From positions 31,930,001 through 31,994,000 of the forward strand of contig OX442314.1 of NCBI GenBank assembly GCA_949358305.1: DNA of 64,000 bases, in the 5' to 3' direction. Made by a program: the position numbers and the translations under genes. The stretch is from Strigamia acuminata (taxonomy: Eukaryota). The number at the start of each line of letters is the position of its first letter. The stretch's first letter is position 1. The notes under the pieces were generated by a model that worked only from the letters and a program-made list of their open reading frames with translations, did no database searches and had not been told where the DNA came from. Below, in pieces: positions 42,685 through 58,364 of the stretch.

Positions 42685-43004
42685 CAGTTTGCGCCCGATA
42701 TGTTGATGCTAAATTCGTACTGCGCATCCTATATTCTGCGCAGAGAATTTTCCAATTCCAGTTGTTATTTAGCAGTAGTTAGCCTAATATTAGGCCTAAT
42801 AATGCTAAAATAAAGCAAATAAACAACAATAAACTCATCATTAAAAGTAACTTACAAAATATTTTTGTTTATTTACCTTATTTTAGCATTATTAGGCCTA
42901 ATATTAGTCTTAATACTGCTAAATAACAAATTGAATTGGAAAACCGTCTGCGTAGAATGTGATTCGCAGTAGGAATTTAGCATCAAGACACTGGGCGCGA
43001 ATTG
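42685..43004. mobile_element. Foldback MITE (copy of 4669-4988)
   Basis: Offset +38016. Confidence 0.7.
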
Positions 43005-45192
43005 TAGGTTTGGTCTATGTTTTGTTTTTGCTTGGCATGTTATTTATTTAAACAAAGTTTCAAATTGTATTATATACGTATATTGGCTACACAAGTATAT
43101 ATTCAAATCTGATTTTTGAGATTAATGTTTGAATAAGTTTCTAGAGTAATGTGACCACAGAATAATACAGAATGGCCACTTCACCGCCATCTTGAATATG
43201 GACGAAGCCAATCGGCGACACAACTCCCTGGTGGTGGCGATGGTGGTTACACTAGCAGACAACGTTATATAGTTATATATGGTAGTTATGGTTTTACATG
43301 TTATGTTTTGCCAATATTTGCATGACATTCGCTTGTGATGTAATTTTTCTAAAGAATTTTTGGCAGAAAAATAAACAATTGTATCTTTTGTCAGTTTCCT
43401 GCATTCGTTTTTATTTTCATCACTTTTTAAATGTCAAAATCAAAGGGGCACCATTGCTTTGCTATTGGATGCATAAGCAATAGAGAAGCATGTCCAGGAT
43501 TATCTTTTTTTTTCGATTTTCTAATGAAAAGGATGCTTTGAGATAATATAATAATTAATTCTTAGTAATGAAATAAATTTTATTAAAAATTAAAATTAAA
43601 AATTTTAAAACTAATTGTATTTTTTTATGAAATATTAAATTAAATTTTATTCCAAATAAAAAGGATGCTTTGAAAGTAATTTAATAATTAATTCCAATGC
43701 AAAAAGTTCAAATTATTTGTTTTGTACTTTTTTTTTAAGATAAAAATTCATAGAAATTAATGAAAAAATAAGAAATGTATCAAATAAGTAAAGAAAATAC
43801 TGATAAACTACTAGTCAGTGAATAAATACATAGTTTAGCAAACATATCTTCGAGTAATTATTTTTTGAACTCCATTTGAAACTTCCAAACAAAAATTTAA
43901 AGCCATTCCCTGCTTGTTTGTTGTCTGTTGCCATATAAACCACCATCGCTGCCACTGGTCGCGCTGCAGTCGTTGTGACGCAACAATGACTTCAGTCAAC
44001 ATCAAACGCGGTGGGCGGAGTGGTCATTCTGTGTTATTCTGTGATGTGACAATAAATTTGTTACTTACCGTTACCACGCAATCAGCACACGTTCATTTTT
44101 AACACGTCATTTGAATTGACCGAGTTTGAACCTTTTGAATGAATGTCACGTGAGAGTCTATCTAAATATTAGAATAGTTCGTAATTTCAAGAAATGTTTC
44201 ATCCAGTTAGGTTATACAATTTTTACCGTTTCCACCATTTGACCTCGCTGCATCCATGCTGTTTTGCAGTCCACTATTGCCACCTGGCGAAGAAATAGTC
44301 AAACTGACAAAAACGCTCCAAAGTCTTACATTTTGCCAGTTTATTTCTCGCCATACTGCAATGGTAAAATTTAAAACAATTATGAAATATTATAAACTAT
44401 ATTCCTTTTTTACGGGTATTTTGTTTTACATAAACCAATAGGCCTAAGATAAATAAAGTAGAAATTAATTCCAACATTAAAGTGGGAAATGGAGTAAATA
44501 ATCATCAGACCTCCACAAATTTTAAAAATAATAATTAAAAATAGATGTATAAACACGTATAAACATGTATAAGCATACTAGAAAATTGAACGCAGCAAGA
44601 CATAGACACACCGTATGTGAAAACCGACACGATTTTACACGTTTTAATTATTATTGCCATTGTTTATTTGTTTTTTATAATGATGTGAAATTTTGATATA
44701 TTGTTGATTTTAATTGTTCATTGATCGTTGTATTAATTTGATTTGATGAGTTATTGATTTTGATTACATTTTATTTTAAACCCTTTTGAAATTGTATTTG
44801 TTTAGTTAAAAATAATTGTTTTTCACCTTAAACCACTTATCTTTTCCATTCCAAGAATTCACCTACTTTTAAATGTGTAACCAATTATCTTGTGCTCCCT
44901 TTTTGGAGCGCGTCATCTTTTCTCTGTGCGCTTTACTTGTAGCACAGAAGCGTTAGTCATTTCCTTTTTGTACATTTAATTATCGTTGTTTTAAAGAAAG
45001 AATAAACCAATCTTGAAGAAGTTTTGAACCAACAAGTCGACTTTTTTATTTCTCAAAAACTACATTTTAATTTGAAGTCATTATTGTTATTCAGGGAACT
45101 AATTATCCGCAATACCTTATTGCATTTCAAATTTGGTGCCGAAACCCGGGAAACATCTAAGTAATTCCACACATCATACGCTCAACCACAAA

Positions 45193-48100
45193 ATGGTGCG
45201 CGTATACGAGATAAAGAGGCGAGCGCTCACGACGGCCATTGCTACTGCCAACGCCCTAATGACCACTATCACCACGGGAGTCAACAACGCAGCCCTATTG
45301 TCGAAGGACGAACTCGCCCTTTGGTCGCAACAACTCAACCAAAAATTACTAAGAGCACAAAAATCGTTTGAAGTCTGTTTGGAGCAAGCCAAGTCGGAAC
45401 ACGAGATCGATGAAACAATGGGCGATATGGATGCGACAGAAGACAGAGCAGTCGCTACAAAGGCAACGATAGACAGGTACATTCGAATAAATTACCCGCC
45501 TGTTCCACCTGTAGTCGACGCTCCGCTACCCGCACCCAAGCCGATTGACCACGACGCGCTCGTCGCAGCCGTGACCGCCGCTGTGACCGCCACCGCTCGA
45601 GCCACTCCGCCGCCTGTAATCCACCAAAACGTAAGAAGAAAACCGTTAGAAATCCCCAGGTTCGATGGGAAACGACCCGAGGACTGGGGAGGTTTCTGGA
45701 AGACTTTTTGCGTGCAAGTCGCGGACGACGTGACGCTCGACGAGGAGCAAAAACTGCTGCACTTACGTGCTCACCTGCTCGGCGACGCGATGGAGGAAAT
45801 TAGAACACTCGAAATAAACGCCGCTAACTACGCCGTAGCTGTAAACCGACTGACGAAAAAATACTGTGACCGGGCAGTGTTGGAAAACAGGTTTTTGTCT
45901 AACTTATTAAATTTGCCAATCATTAGTAGTGAACGAGACATTGTTGGACTACAAAAACTTCACTGGCACGTGGAAATAAACGTGGAAAACTTGTCGAATA
46001 TCGAAGTTCCGCTCGTAGAAATCCAACGGATGCTGTTCCCCGTCCTGGCCGCAGCCATTCCGAGAACCGTGATGCGCAAATATGATGACGACTGCGAGGG
46101 CGAACGATTGGTAATCAGATTAATGTCGTGGGTACGAGAATTTTTATTAAAGGAGAATCGATACGAAATGATGATAAACCAACAAAAAACGATCAAAACA
46201 CCCGCGCTAACTGACCCGGCCAAAGGAAGTGGAGATTCGAAGGGAAAGTCACATCGACGCAGAGGAGGAGCCAAGGAGAGCTCCGTAAACTCACTCTCGG
46301 TGGTAATGAATAAATGTCAATTCTGCTCTTCCAGTGAACACAGCCGAAAAACGTGCCCACTCTCAGTGGAAGAGTGAAGAAGGAAAATTCAAGCGCAAGG
46401 AACATGCATGAGATGTTTAGGCAAAACACCCCATAAAACTGAGGAATGCCGCACCACCATGAAGTGCTTTTGATGCGAAGGCCTACATCACACTCAAATC
46501 TGCGATCAACCACGAGTCAACCCGATCGACAACAATGCGTCAAAAACACACGCCTCTGCAGTCGTGAGTAGAAACAATCGAAAATACGAGTTTTTAATGG
46601 TGATGATGGTGAATGTGATTGGTGAAAAAATAACGAAACCAGCCGTGTGCTACGTCGATGGCGGGGCACAACGGACATTCATAAGAACTGACTTGTCAAG
46701 AAAATTAAATCTAAAAATTATAGGAATCGAGCAAATGACTTTATCCGTGTTTGGTCGCGAGCCGACGACTGGAGTCCACAACAAGGTGGAGTTAACTCTC
46801 ACTCCAACGCACGCCGACGCGCCTCGCATTACAATCGAAGCAGTAGAGATCTTACACGTGACGTCGACGCCTTGCGAAGTCCCGAATGAATACTTAGGCA
46901 AAAAATTAGAGGAGAAGGGAGTCCGAGTGACATGCAAACAAGTGGCCCTACACTCCGACGAGGTGGATCTGCTGATCGGAGTCGATAATTACTGGAAAAT
47001 TACAACAAAAAGAACGGAATTCATCGAAGACAACCTGATAGCAGTCAACACAAATTTTGGGTGGACACTGCATGGACAGACTACCAATGGCGTTCACATC
47101 CTGGCGTCAACAGTGAGGACAAATCGAATAACTCTTGTACGCTCCACAGATGACATTATGAAGAATCTCTGGGAATTGGAGACCATTGGAGTCCAGCATG
47201 AATCGATCACAGATACGGACGAAACTGAAGTTTTGCGCAAGTTCAACGAGTCGATACGATGGACTGGAACCAACTACTCAGTCGGACTGCCCTGGATCGT
47301 CGACAGTCACGAGCTCGAAGACAACTTCACTGTTGCCGAGCAACGCTTCTTGAACCTGCTCAGAAAATTTCAACGACAGCCCAATTTATATTTAGAATAT
47401 AAGAAGGTTATCGAGGAACAGCTGGAACAGGGCATCGTGGAAGAAGTGACCGGAGAGACGTCCAATCCAATTTATTACATGCCACACAGGCCAATAATAA
47501 AAGAAGAGCTAGTCACAACAAAACTGAGGATCGTGTTCGACGCGTCAGCCCATCGGAAGGGACAGCTATCACTAAACGATTGCCTATCTAAAGGTATAAA
47601 TTTTTTGCCATTCCTAATTGTTGTGTTGATGAAGTTTAGACTACGAAAAATCGCTGAGACGTCGGATATTCGCAAGGTGTTCCACATGATCGAAATTGAA
47701 GTCAAAGATCGAGACGTGACACGCTTTCTATGGGTTTGCGCAGACTGGGACGGAACGGGACGAGCCAAAATTCGAATACTACGCCAAACACGTGTTTTTT
47801 TCGGCGCAGCACCCAGCCCTTTCCTTCTGAATGCGACCATCAAGCGCCACATCAAGATCTACCAAGACAAATACCCCGCTACATACGAATTACTTTGTCG
47901 ATTTTTATACGTGGACGATTTGATCACGTCGGTGGATGACATTGACCAAGCAGTAAAGACATTCGAACAAGCTCGCGAAATGCTCGCATCGGCCGGCATG
48001 CAACTACCGTCTTCCCCCGAACATAACGTCATGACGTTATATTCAAGTTTTTTCGAAAATCGCTGTTTTCGAAAGTTTTAGCGATTTCTCGAATATAACG

Positions 48101-51100
48101 TCACTTCCAATATAACGTCATGACGTTGTATTCGAATACAACGTCATGACGTTATATTCGAGTGCATTGACGGGTGCGATGCCGGGAAGCATTGCAGGTG
48201 CGCTTTTAACGGGCGCAATGCCGAAAAAACAAATTCGACACGAATTTTGACAAGAATTGGACACGAATTGGATACGAATTAAACACAAATTATCAGGGCC
48301 GTGTCGACCTATGAGGCGAAGAGGCGGCCGCCAGGTGGCCATGCCGTGGTATGTAAATTTACCAAGGCATGGCCACCTGGCGGCCGCCTCTTCGCCTCAT
48401 AGGTCGGCACGGCCCTGCGAATTATACACGAATTGGACACGAATTGTAAAACGAATTGTACACGAATTGTAAAACAAATTGTACACGAATTTGACACGTA
48501 TTGTAAAACAAATTTGGCACGAATTGTCCAATTTACATGCTCAATTTCTGATTTTTCTGATTTTTCAAAAGTTGCATGAAAAAGTACGAATATAACGTCA
48601 TGACGTAGTGTTTGAATAAAACGTCAGGTGTCGTTGTATTCGAACACAACGTCATGACGTTATGTTCGGGGGAAGACGGTAGTAAAATGGCAGACTAATT
48701 CTCCTGAACTGCGCGAAATATTCAGAAAAGAAGATCCTGCGGATGCAAATGTGACGTCAAATGAAGAATCCAAGGTACTAGGACTGAAATGGGACCCGAC
48801 TTCGGACAAACTGAGTTTGCAAATTGAAAACATATCGAACGTGAACAGCAAAACAGCGACGAAGAGAGAAGTAGTCCAAATCACCGCCCAGATATTTGAC
48901 CCACTCGGATTCGTCACACCATTCACCGTCACTGCAAGAATTTTCTTCCAGTCACTTTGGTTGAGAAAACTGGAATGGGATGACGAATTGGATGAAACTC
49001 TCAAACTCAATTGGTTTAAATGGGCAGAACAAATACCAAAACTGAGCGAATTCCAAATTCCGAGATGGCTGGGAGTGAAGAATGAAATGAACTGCGAGAT
49101 CCACATTTTTTCCAATGCAAGCCCCAAGGGGTACGGTGCTGTCGCCTACATTCAAGACACCACGGAAGACTTAATCAATTCGTTCTTTATTTTTTCTAAA
49201 TGTAGGGTAGCACCAGTCAAGGCTTTAACATTGCCAAAATTGGAACTGATGGGGGCCTTAGTAGCAGTCCGCATGGCCGACCAAATTAAAGAGGTGACGA
49301 GTTGCCGTGAAATACACTACTGGACTGACTCGCAAATCTGTATACATTGGATCCGCAACACGGCTAAAAGACCACCGACATTCATACAGAATAGAGTGCT
49401 GGAGATCCGCGAAAAATCAAAAACCGACAATTGGAGACACGTACCGGGCACTGACAATCCTGCTGACCGTTTAACACGCGGTTTAACAGTCGACGAATTG
49501 ATGACCGACCAGCTGTGGTGGAACGGACCAGACTGGATGCGAGGTTCTCGTGACAATTGGCCGAGTTCTCAAGTGGAAATAGCGGACGAGTCAGACGAGG
49601 ACAACATCGAAACTCACGTCGAATCCCTCCAAATCATTAACGCAAATTTTATTTTTTCTAAATTTAGTTCATTTGGTCGACTACGACGTGTCACAGCTTG
49701 GATGCTGAGATTCGCGGCCAATATACGGACCGTCGACATCTTAAATAGAGTTCAAGGACCGTTGACCGTCACCGAACTCAAACGGGCTGAAACGACACTG
49801 ATCCGAGCTGCACAGCAAGAGAACTACGGAGTCGAGATGACACAACTTCAAAATGAAAAACCACTGACCGGTTCAAAACTGCAGAACTTAGACGTTTTTC
49901 TGGACGACTCCAGAGTGCTGAAGTTGCACACTCGACTCAGCAACTCAAAAGACATTATCACTGCAAAACCTCCCGTGCTCCTCCCATCCAATCACACCCT
50001 CACTAAATTGATTTTATCGTTTTCACACTCTCAGGTTTTCCATTGCGGTTTGACGGCCACCTTGGCACATTTCCGTCAGAATTACTGGACGGCATCCGCA
50101 AGGAGAACCTTGAAGGCAATCATAAAGAGATGCGTGACTTGCAAACGAATAAATGGACGATTGATGAGAGAAGTGCCCGGACAGTTACCTTTTGATCGAG
50201 TATCACAGTGCAGCCCATTCGCTATCACCGGAGTCGACTTCGCGGGCCCAATCGTTGTACGCGGAAGAAAGACCAAAGCATACATCGCTCTCTTCACCTG
50301 TGCCAACATCAGAGCGGTACACCTTGAATTAATTCCATCGCTCACCACTTCAGATTTCGTAGGTGTGTTGGAACGCTTCATCAGTCGACGCGGAATGCCC
50401 AAAACTATCTACAGTGACAACGGAACGACGTTCCACCGTACAAACCGTGAACTGTGCGCTTTATTGCGAAATACAAGAGACGACTCGGTGCGCAATTTTC
50501 TAACTCAAAAGGGGATTGAGTGGAAGTTCATCGTGAAAAATGCTCCTTGGTGGGGAGGATTTTGGGAGAGGATGATTCAAACAGTCAAGTCTTGTTTAAA
50601 AAAGACGATTGGATTGGCCTCTCTCAACTTCTTTCAATTGAAAACTCTGCTCACCCAAGTAGAGGCAATCATTAATAAAAGACCCATTACTTACATTTAT
50701 GATGCGCCAAATGAACCCGAGGCTCTTACGCCAGCCCATTTCTTGACAGGGATCAGCCTGAACCTTCTGCCATCCGCCGAAGACGCTGCGTCGACTGAAC
50801 CAACTCAGAAGTCGTTTGTTCACCAGTGGAAAAGACGTCAACAAGTTTTAATGGACTTTTGGCGACGATGGTCTCGGGAGTATTTGGTCGACTTAAAAAA
50901 ACAAGTGGGAAAACCAAATACCAGCCAACTTCAATCGGGAGATGTAGTGCTGGTAGAAGACTTATTAAAGTCAAGAGTCAACTGGAAAATGGCACGTGTT
51001 ATCGATATACACCCCAGTAGAGACGGTGTAACGCGTTCTTGTGAGTTGTTAATGCCTAATGGCAACAAATTTAGGCGACCTGTGCAACGCTTAATAAAAA

Positions 51101-51138
51101 TGGAGATTCATTCCGGTCCCGTGCCGCCGGCAGTGTGA
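45193..51138 (+). pseudogene. BEL/Pao gag-pol, disrupted (copy)
   Basis: ORF fragments 45133-46377, 46564-48081 and 48751-51138. Confidence 0.9.
48007..48679. mobile_element. TA-TSD MITE with nested hairpin at 48294-48417 (copy)
   Basis: Offset +38016. Confidence 0.9.
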
Positions 51139-51718
51139 AAACCGACATGATTTTACACGTTTTAATTATTATTGCCATTGTTTATTTGTTTTTTATAATG
51201 ATGTGAAATTTTGATATATTGTTGATTTTAATTGTTCATTGATCGTTGTATTAATTTGATTTGATGAGTTATTGATTTTGATTACATTTTATTTTAAATC
51301 CTTTTGAAATTGTATTTGTTTAGTTAAAAATAATTGTTTTTCACCTTAAACCACTTATCTTTTCCATTCCAAGAATTCACCTACTTTTAAATGTGTAACC
51401 AATTATCTTGCGCTCCCTTTTTGGAGCGCGTCATCTTTTCTCTGTGCGCTTTACTTGTAGCACAGAAGCGTTAGTCATTTCCTTTTTGTACATTTAATTA
51501 TCGTTGTTTTAAAGAAAGAATAAACCAGTCTTGAAGAAGTTTTGAACCAACAAGTCGACTTTTTTATTTCTCAAAAACTACATTTTAATTTGAAGTCATT
51601 ATTGTTATTCAGGGAACTAATTATCCGCAATACCTTATTGCATTTCAAACCGTATTAGTATTTAGTATACACTAATACCAACCGTAATGCCTAATGTTCT
51701 AATAAAACTTGTTGAGGT

Positions 51719-52094
51719 TCAGAAACTGTATTATGTTACAAACAAGGTGGGATATAGTTGTTTTGTAACCAAGGCACCTACCGTTGAAGCAACCACCACC
51801 AAAAAATTAGAATAGAAAGGTAAGACAGAATTCGTGGGAAAAAGCAGTCGATGCCAATCATCTGTAGAATCAGACTCACGATCGCTACGAAGACCAAAAT
51901 TAAAAGTATTACGGAAGCCCAGACGAAAACCACGCGATTGTTCGCACCGGTGCTCTATAATTGATTAAATAGTCACGATTGCTTGTTGGATGTGTTCAAT
52001 TTCAATTGTAAATTACCAATGTGCGAATGGACTGTGTTCTGTGGACAGCATCGACGGATGACGACTGAGTTGAGAGCTCAATGGTGGCTTCCAT
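51719..52094 (-). CDS. Putative small spliced membrane protein (copy of 13703-14078)
   Basis: Offset +38016. Confidence 0.6.
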
Positions 52095-53003
52095 GGTGGA
52101 CGAATGTGGTAAAATTAAGGCGAGGTAAATGATGTGATGCAAATATTGGCGGTTGGTAGATTAATCTACAAATTTGCTCACCGAGACGTGCCGTAATAAA
52201 GACATAAAGAAACATTAATAACCACGTCAATGGCTTTTATTTGAATATTTGTTTTATTAATACATCGGATTTTTTTTTTTAATTCGATGAATAGCATTTA
52301 GATACTTTTAATAATTAATTTTAAAAATATAATATTCCAAACTGACCCATAACTTGGAATCGCATTTTCCATTTTTCCGATTTATATCTGGTTTTCCGTT
52401 TACCCGATCAATTTTCGGTTTTCCGTTCACTTAATTGATGTGGATACAAATCGCTTTATTCTCGTATCGCGCGACCTCTGCGCGTTACTGGTCGAACTGG
52501 AAGTCCCCAAGTCACGTTTTAGGTCGCGAGATTATAGAACAATTCCCTCTGGCCGGAGAGACCCTCACATTGGATTTTCACATTGGATCAAGGTGACCAG
52601 AAACAAAACATCATTTATTACATTGTTTAAACGTTTATTATTAATTGTTACATTCAATAATGGGAAATAATGCTACAAGTATGTTCGTTGGTTGAAATAC
52701 AAATCAATCTATGGCTACATTGAAACACTGCTTCTTTCACTAAAGCAAGTGATGCAAGTTGTGTGAGACTAATAAATATATTTGGGTTGATGCCCGAACG
52801 GGCGTATTGTGATTGCGCAGCATTAAGAGTAATGGTGGCGATCAGTGACTGTTTGAACTTTGAATTTAGCATCAAGTTATAGTCTGTCATCTTATGTGGT
52901 TGTTAATAATTAGAATACCGGTAATAATAATTAATGAGAAATACATCCGAAAAACTAATGAGGATACGGGCTTATAAGCAATAATAGAGTGAGATACGAT
53001 CGG

Positions 53004-54596
53004 TTAGTTTTTCCCAGGGAGAACTTGGGGCAAATAATTCAAGCAGGAAAGGAGGGAAAATCCGAGGAAAAGTCCTACGCTGCCACCCACATCAGATACC
53101 AAGCTGGACAGGGGATAAACGAAATATTCGCTAACGATTTGCTTCGTATTTATTGTGTAAATAATTGCGACGGTGGTGCCAGCGCCGTATTGTGGAGAGC
53201 CATATTCTGTCATTATGGGGAATCTGGTGACGGAACATGGGCGTCTGCAGTTGCTGTTATGTTGCGAATACAAAAGGAGTAAAATTTTTGTTTTCAGTTT
53301 ATTCACTTGGGAAATTGAGTTGCAAAGCGGCTTTGTCGAGTTCACAAAAGGCCATCTAAGGTGGATATGGAATTATTATTGAATATCTATTGATAAAGCA
53401 TAAGTATTAATCTGACCTGCATTTGATGTCAGAAGTGTCTAATTGGTCACTAATCCATCGATTAATGCACTCGATCTCTTCATCCTCAGTGACGCAGGGG
53501 TTTCGACTCGTGTTTAAATAGTCAAACTACAACAGTTGTCAATATTTAAATACGGAAATCAATGCGATTACTGTCTGTGTTTGTTTGTTTACTTGTGTTT
53601 CTGACAGTTCCAGAGCACTGTATGTCGATGAACGAATGACTGATTTGCCAATAAACATGAGTTTGGTTGAAGTTGCTTCGTAAACATCAGCCTGTAATAA
53701 ACGAATTGTAATATTGTTATATTGTAATATTGGATTGATCTTACAAGTAATCCTCTAAAATCTGGAGTAAACGGAAAACCTAACCAAAACACCTTGGTTT
53801 TTCCAACAAAATACCATTGCAGATCTAAAAGAATCAAATATTGTTTCAGGATTTTTGTGTGAATTAAATGGAATAGTTAGTAATGACCAAATTGTAGAAC
53901 TTTGCATGGACCCGCGATCGTGTTGGCTTCCTTCTCTTTTAGCCAGTCTTCGGTTTCACATTTGCTGGAATTGACAGCATGATGACACTAGAATACCCAA
54001 TTGGCTTTATACAGTCAAATTGTTACATAATGTTTGAACTTACTCTGGCTGATTTGACGATCTTCTCTTTTGTTGAGTATTCCCATAGATCCAATAGTGT
54101 GACGTTGATCTTGTCGAAAGGGAAATGGTCCCTGTCGGCCCAACTCAGTGCGCTGCAAGCTGCGTCTCTTGCACAGAGTGGATCGAATTTTTCGGAAAAA
54201 TCGTACATCAAATTGGATGTGTATGGGCAAAGTATGAGGCTAGGTGTTGTGTACTGGCTGAAACTTTCAATTTTTACATTGGTGCCTACTGGCTTTGAAA
54301 AGTACTTGTCGATGCAAATTGACAACTGCCAAGTGCACAGTGCAGTGCTCAGCAGCAGGGAAGCAATTCCCAATGCTTTGGCCGGCTTATTTGCCTGCGG
54401 TCGTCGTTGTCGTTTTGGTGGTGGTAGGATACGAATATGGTGTACGCAATTCTACGTCTTATGCTTCTACTACGGATATTCATTGCACCTGAAATGACTC
54501 CCACAACAGCATGAAAACAATATTTAAGACGTAGTAATGAGTTTAACGTTAACGCTCGCCCTCATCCGTGTCTTGTTTGTTACTGCTCGTTTCCAT
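53004..54596 (-). pseudogene. DEG/ENaC-like paralog A (copy), with the same 16-nt deletion
   Basis: Offset +38016. Confidence 0.75.
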
Positions 54597-55754
54597 GTGA
54601 TTGAATTCAAATTCAAATGCTGCGGTTTTATTTCGTGTCTGTCTGTTTGCATTTGAAATATTGATCGAAAAAAGTCTTTTTCTTTTCATTTGAGTTTGTG
54701 AATGAGTTTTTTTTATAGCAAACCCAGCTCGAGCCTTCTCGAAGCATATTGCGATGAGTAAGTTGTGAGCGATTGTCTGGTCCTGGTTCAGCAATTTTAG
54801 CACACAAACACGGGAGATATTTTTGGGAATCTTGTTTTATATTGGCAGATAATACAACTGGTAGCTCCGAGTTTATCTGTAAGTTAATGCGGAAAATGCT
54901 GATTGAACTGCGCCTGTGCTTCTGTTTTAATCATTTATTGTTGTTATTTACTAATTCTCTATCTACGAGATGCCATTCAAAAGGCTGTTTTATGTTCGTG
55001 TATGATAGTAGGTGCATTCAAAAAGTCTAAAACGTATGCAAAACTCGTTTCGTGTTTGTACGTGACGTCATTCCCATTGCATAACATGAATGCACCTAGT
55101 GTTTAGCTAAAGTTACCGAGGAGATAATGATCATTGAGTTACACGTGTATGACCTGAATACAAGACCGATATGGTCGTTATGCACCGTTGCCACCATCTA
55201 CACAAGAAAATCAGTAACTAGTTAAAGTTTTAAAACATACTTATAATAAAGAAAATTAAATGACAATTCTCTGCTTTAAAAACACCAAAGTGATACATCC
55301 AAAAAGTAGAAGTTTAGTAAAAAAATACATTTGTTTTCAAATAAACCATGCCAAGTACAACGCTTTTGAACTAAACAGAAGTGCTTATTCAATCTGTCAA
55401 CCTGCTTGCATGCACAACAATTTATTTCACGGGATATACTGTATAAATTGCAGGTATTGTTGTATCTTCTAGAAAATGCTGATAACATCTTTCCTGCAGT
55501 AGCTGTAGCTGCATTAAAAAAGATTCACCATGTGACGGTTTAAAAGTGGTATTTATCAATATCACAGCTAAGAGAATTATCGGCAAAACCCGCATTTGTC
55601 AATGCTCCGAGTCGCCACTAGATGGCGCGATCGTGATTTAGCGGTAAATTCGAATAACGAATGTCAAAATGTACAAATAAATATAAGAATATATTTATTT
55701 AAGTAGAAACAAGCTTAAGGAACATTAATATGAATACATATTAATGATTAATAT

Positions 55755-57401
55755 TGTTAAAGATCCAATTTCCACGGAAAAGGACATTTAGCGGATCAAT
55801 CAATCGATCGATGTGATTGGAGGAATCTATTTCCGGTCCTGGGTATCCAGTTCCGGTATTAATGAGGATTAGCATAATCCGAATTATGCTCCTCCGTATC
55901 CACTTCCTATGATACGGGATTGGTGAAAATTAATCCCACTGGGGTATATATACCCCCAACAACTGGCATTTTATCCCCTCTGGCATGATTATTTCATTTT
56001 GGTATTTTCTGATATTTGGTGATGAAGTTTGGTGTATTCAGTGTATTTTCTTTTGGTTAAACCATTTGGTTTCTTGTTGATTTGTTTGCAAGGAACCGTT
56101 GCATGATTCTACAGAATCATGCAGTCGACCAATTGAAGGTGCAGGGCTGGATTCTAATGTTTCAGTTGGACGGTCTCGCCGAGGAGAACCCGCATCCATG
56201 CATTCAGTATCCTCCGGGCAGGACAGAGTGGCCATTTGCGGTATGAACACATTCCGTTACCGCAAGTAAGCACTGGTATTGTTGAGAATTGGTTCCATCA
56301 CCTGATGGTGCCAAAGTAGTCTGATTTACAGTAACCATGAGTAGCACCAAGTGTTTGGTAAGCTGATTCTCATGGTATTCGGTGCCAAAGCAGTCGGTTT
56401 GTAATTAGTACTACGAAGGGCTAAACTGCTGTGCGGAGCCGCGAGCTATAACCTCCTGTGTATGTGGTACCGTCAACCACTCGATGGACGACCGTGCTGC
56501 TACGCAGGGGACGCTTGATACCGTTCTGCATGGCAAGGCGATTCTATCGACGGCAACTGTGTGATTGCGTCGGGAAGCCTAATCATTACCTTTATCAGTA
56601 AAAACAATATTAACTTGATAACAAGTTAAACAATTAAGTCAAGAGACATTGAACCCAATGTAACAACAAAGTTGATAACATCTTATCAAGTGGAACATCT
56701 AAAGAAATCACAACGTTACGAATTAAATATAATTCGTAATTGGAATATTGATAAGTAAATGAATACATTTACTTACACCAATATCCTCCCAAAGTTGTGG
56801 CGGTGCACGAAAGTCAACCGCATCTCTCAGATCATTCGATTCATCAACGTGCGATGATTTACACGACAAACCAGGAACCAGCAAAGCCGACCCGAACCTG
56901 AAGACGCAGCCAGACCGGCCCCAATGACATCTTTGCCGGTCGAGCGGTATATCTAGACCGTTCCGCAACTCAGGACTCTCAGGACACGTAATGATATTAT
57001 TTCAGGGCTGTTCCACAGCCAACTCATTGTATAGTTTAATAGTTGATTTAACTTGCCAAATGTCGGCATTAGGGATATGTATAACTTACTTGTTAGTTTC
57101 ATTCATATTGGTGATAACAATAAACTGTAGTGTTTTGATAACCTTTCGTCTCTTGTATTTATCTCTTGTATTATTCACTGTTTACTACGCGATCTATTCC
57201 CGGTACCATTGTTTAATGGGAGTTGTGGGCGTCACCGTCACAACCACGATACCAAATACTCAACTTTTTGGATGCAGTATTTTTGAATTCACTTTAATTA
57301 AACTACTGCTTGTTTCAGTTTGCCGTACATGTCAACACCAAATTTGGCACCTTGCAACACGATGGAATACATTACTCGTGCCCATTGCCAATATTTTAAC
57401 A
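55755..57401. mobile_element. Probable solo LTR (copy of 17739-19385)
   Basis: Offset +38016. Confidence 0.55.
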
Positions 57402-57985
57402 ATTATAATTCCAATAAAAAAACTTGCAAATGTAAACAAACCTTAGAAAATATTTATTACCAAACTATTGTGCATGAAACACACGGAAAATCTAATATCT
57501 TGCACGCAGCTGATAGTTTCGATCAGACCACAACAGACCCAATTTCCCAAATATCGGCAGTATCGTCATTCCTTTTTCTTCCGTTTTAAAAACTCATATT
57601 TGGTTTTCGAATCAATCTTGGTGGCCAACTTGTCCAAACTAGAACTGCATCAAATTGGACCAAAAGTTAAGCATGTTTGTTACCTGTTGTCATCCCAGAA
57701 TGCAGTGCGGCTATTTATTATTTATGGTGTCAAAACACTCTGAACTTAGATACGTGACTACGTGTCCACGTTATCCTCGGTTCATGATTACACACATTTC
57801 AAGTCGTTTCTAAATATTGAGTAACTGATTTTCTACGCTTCGCGTGGTTGTGAACAACAATTCGCAGCATTGTTGCTTTATTCAGAGTTTAGCTTAGTGC
57901 GGCTCAGACACGAGTCTGTTTCAGTCTTTAGGTTGCTGTTTACTACAATTCTAGATGGATTTGGATTTGTGAGCAATCCGTCCGA

Positions 57986-58364
57986 CTGAAACTTAGTCGA
58001 AGAAATGCAGACCCGAGGGAAAAGAGGTAACAAATGAAGTAAACCCGAACGAATGGAAGAGCAGAGGGTTAAACGGAAGGAAAACGCCAAAGTGCACCGT
58101 GAAACCAGAAAGGCGAGTGCTCGGGATGTTCAGGAGCAAAGTTACGTTATGGCGAGAACAGTCTTTAGAAAACAGAAGGAACTTAAAAAGAGTTTAGACA
58201 GAGAAAAACTACTCGACGCCGACATAGAATTCGTGACTTACCAAGACGAGGAAGAAGAGGAAGAAGAAGAAGAAAGCAGCAGAGGATTGAAAAGAGCAAA
58301 TTCAGATGACATTGTGAATCCACGGAAAAAACGCCGTGCAGATCCCGAAATAATCTGGAGTTGA
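57986..58364 (+). pseudogene. Poly-Glu/NLS ORF remnant (copy)
   Basis: Offset +38016. Confidence 0.35.

Larger units (their letters stand above)
44616..51649 (+). mobile_element. BEL/Pao retrotransposon (copy of 6600-13633), LTRs 44616-45131 and 51134-51649
   Basis: Same TSD, stops and nested MITE. Confidence 0.95.
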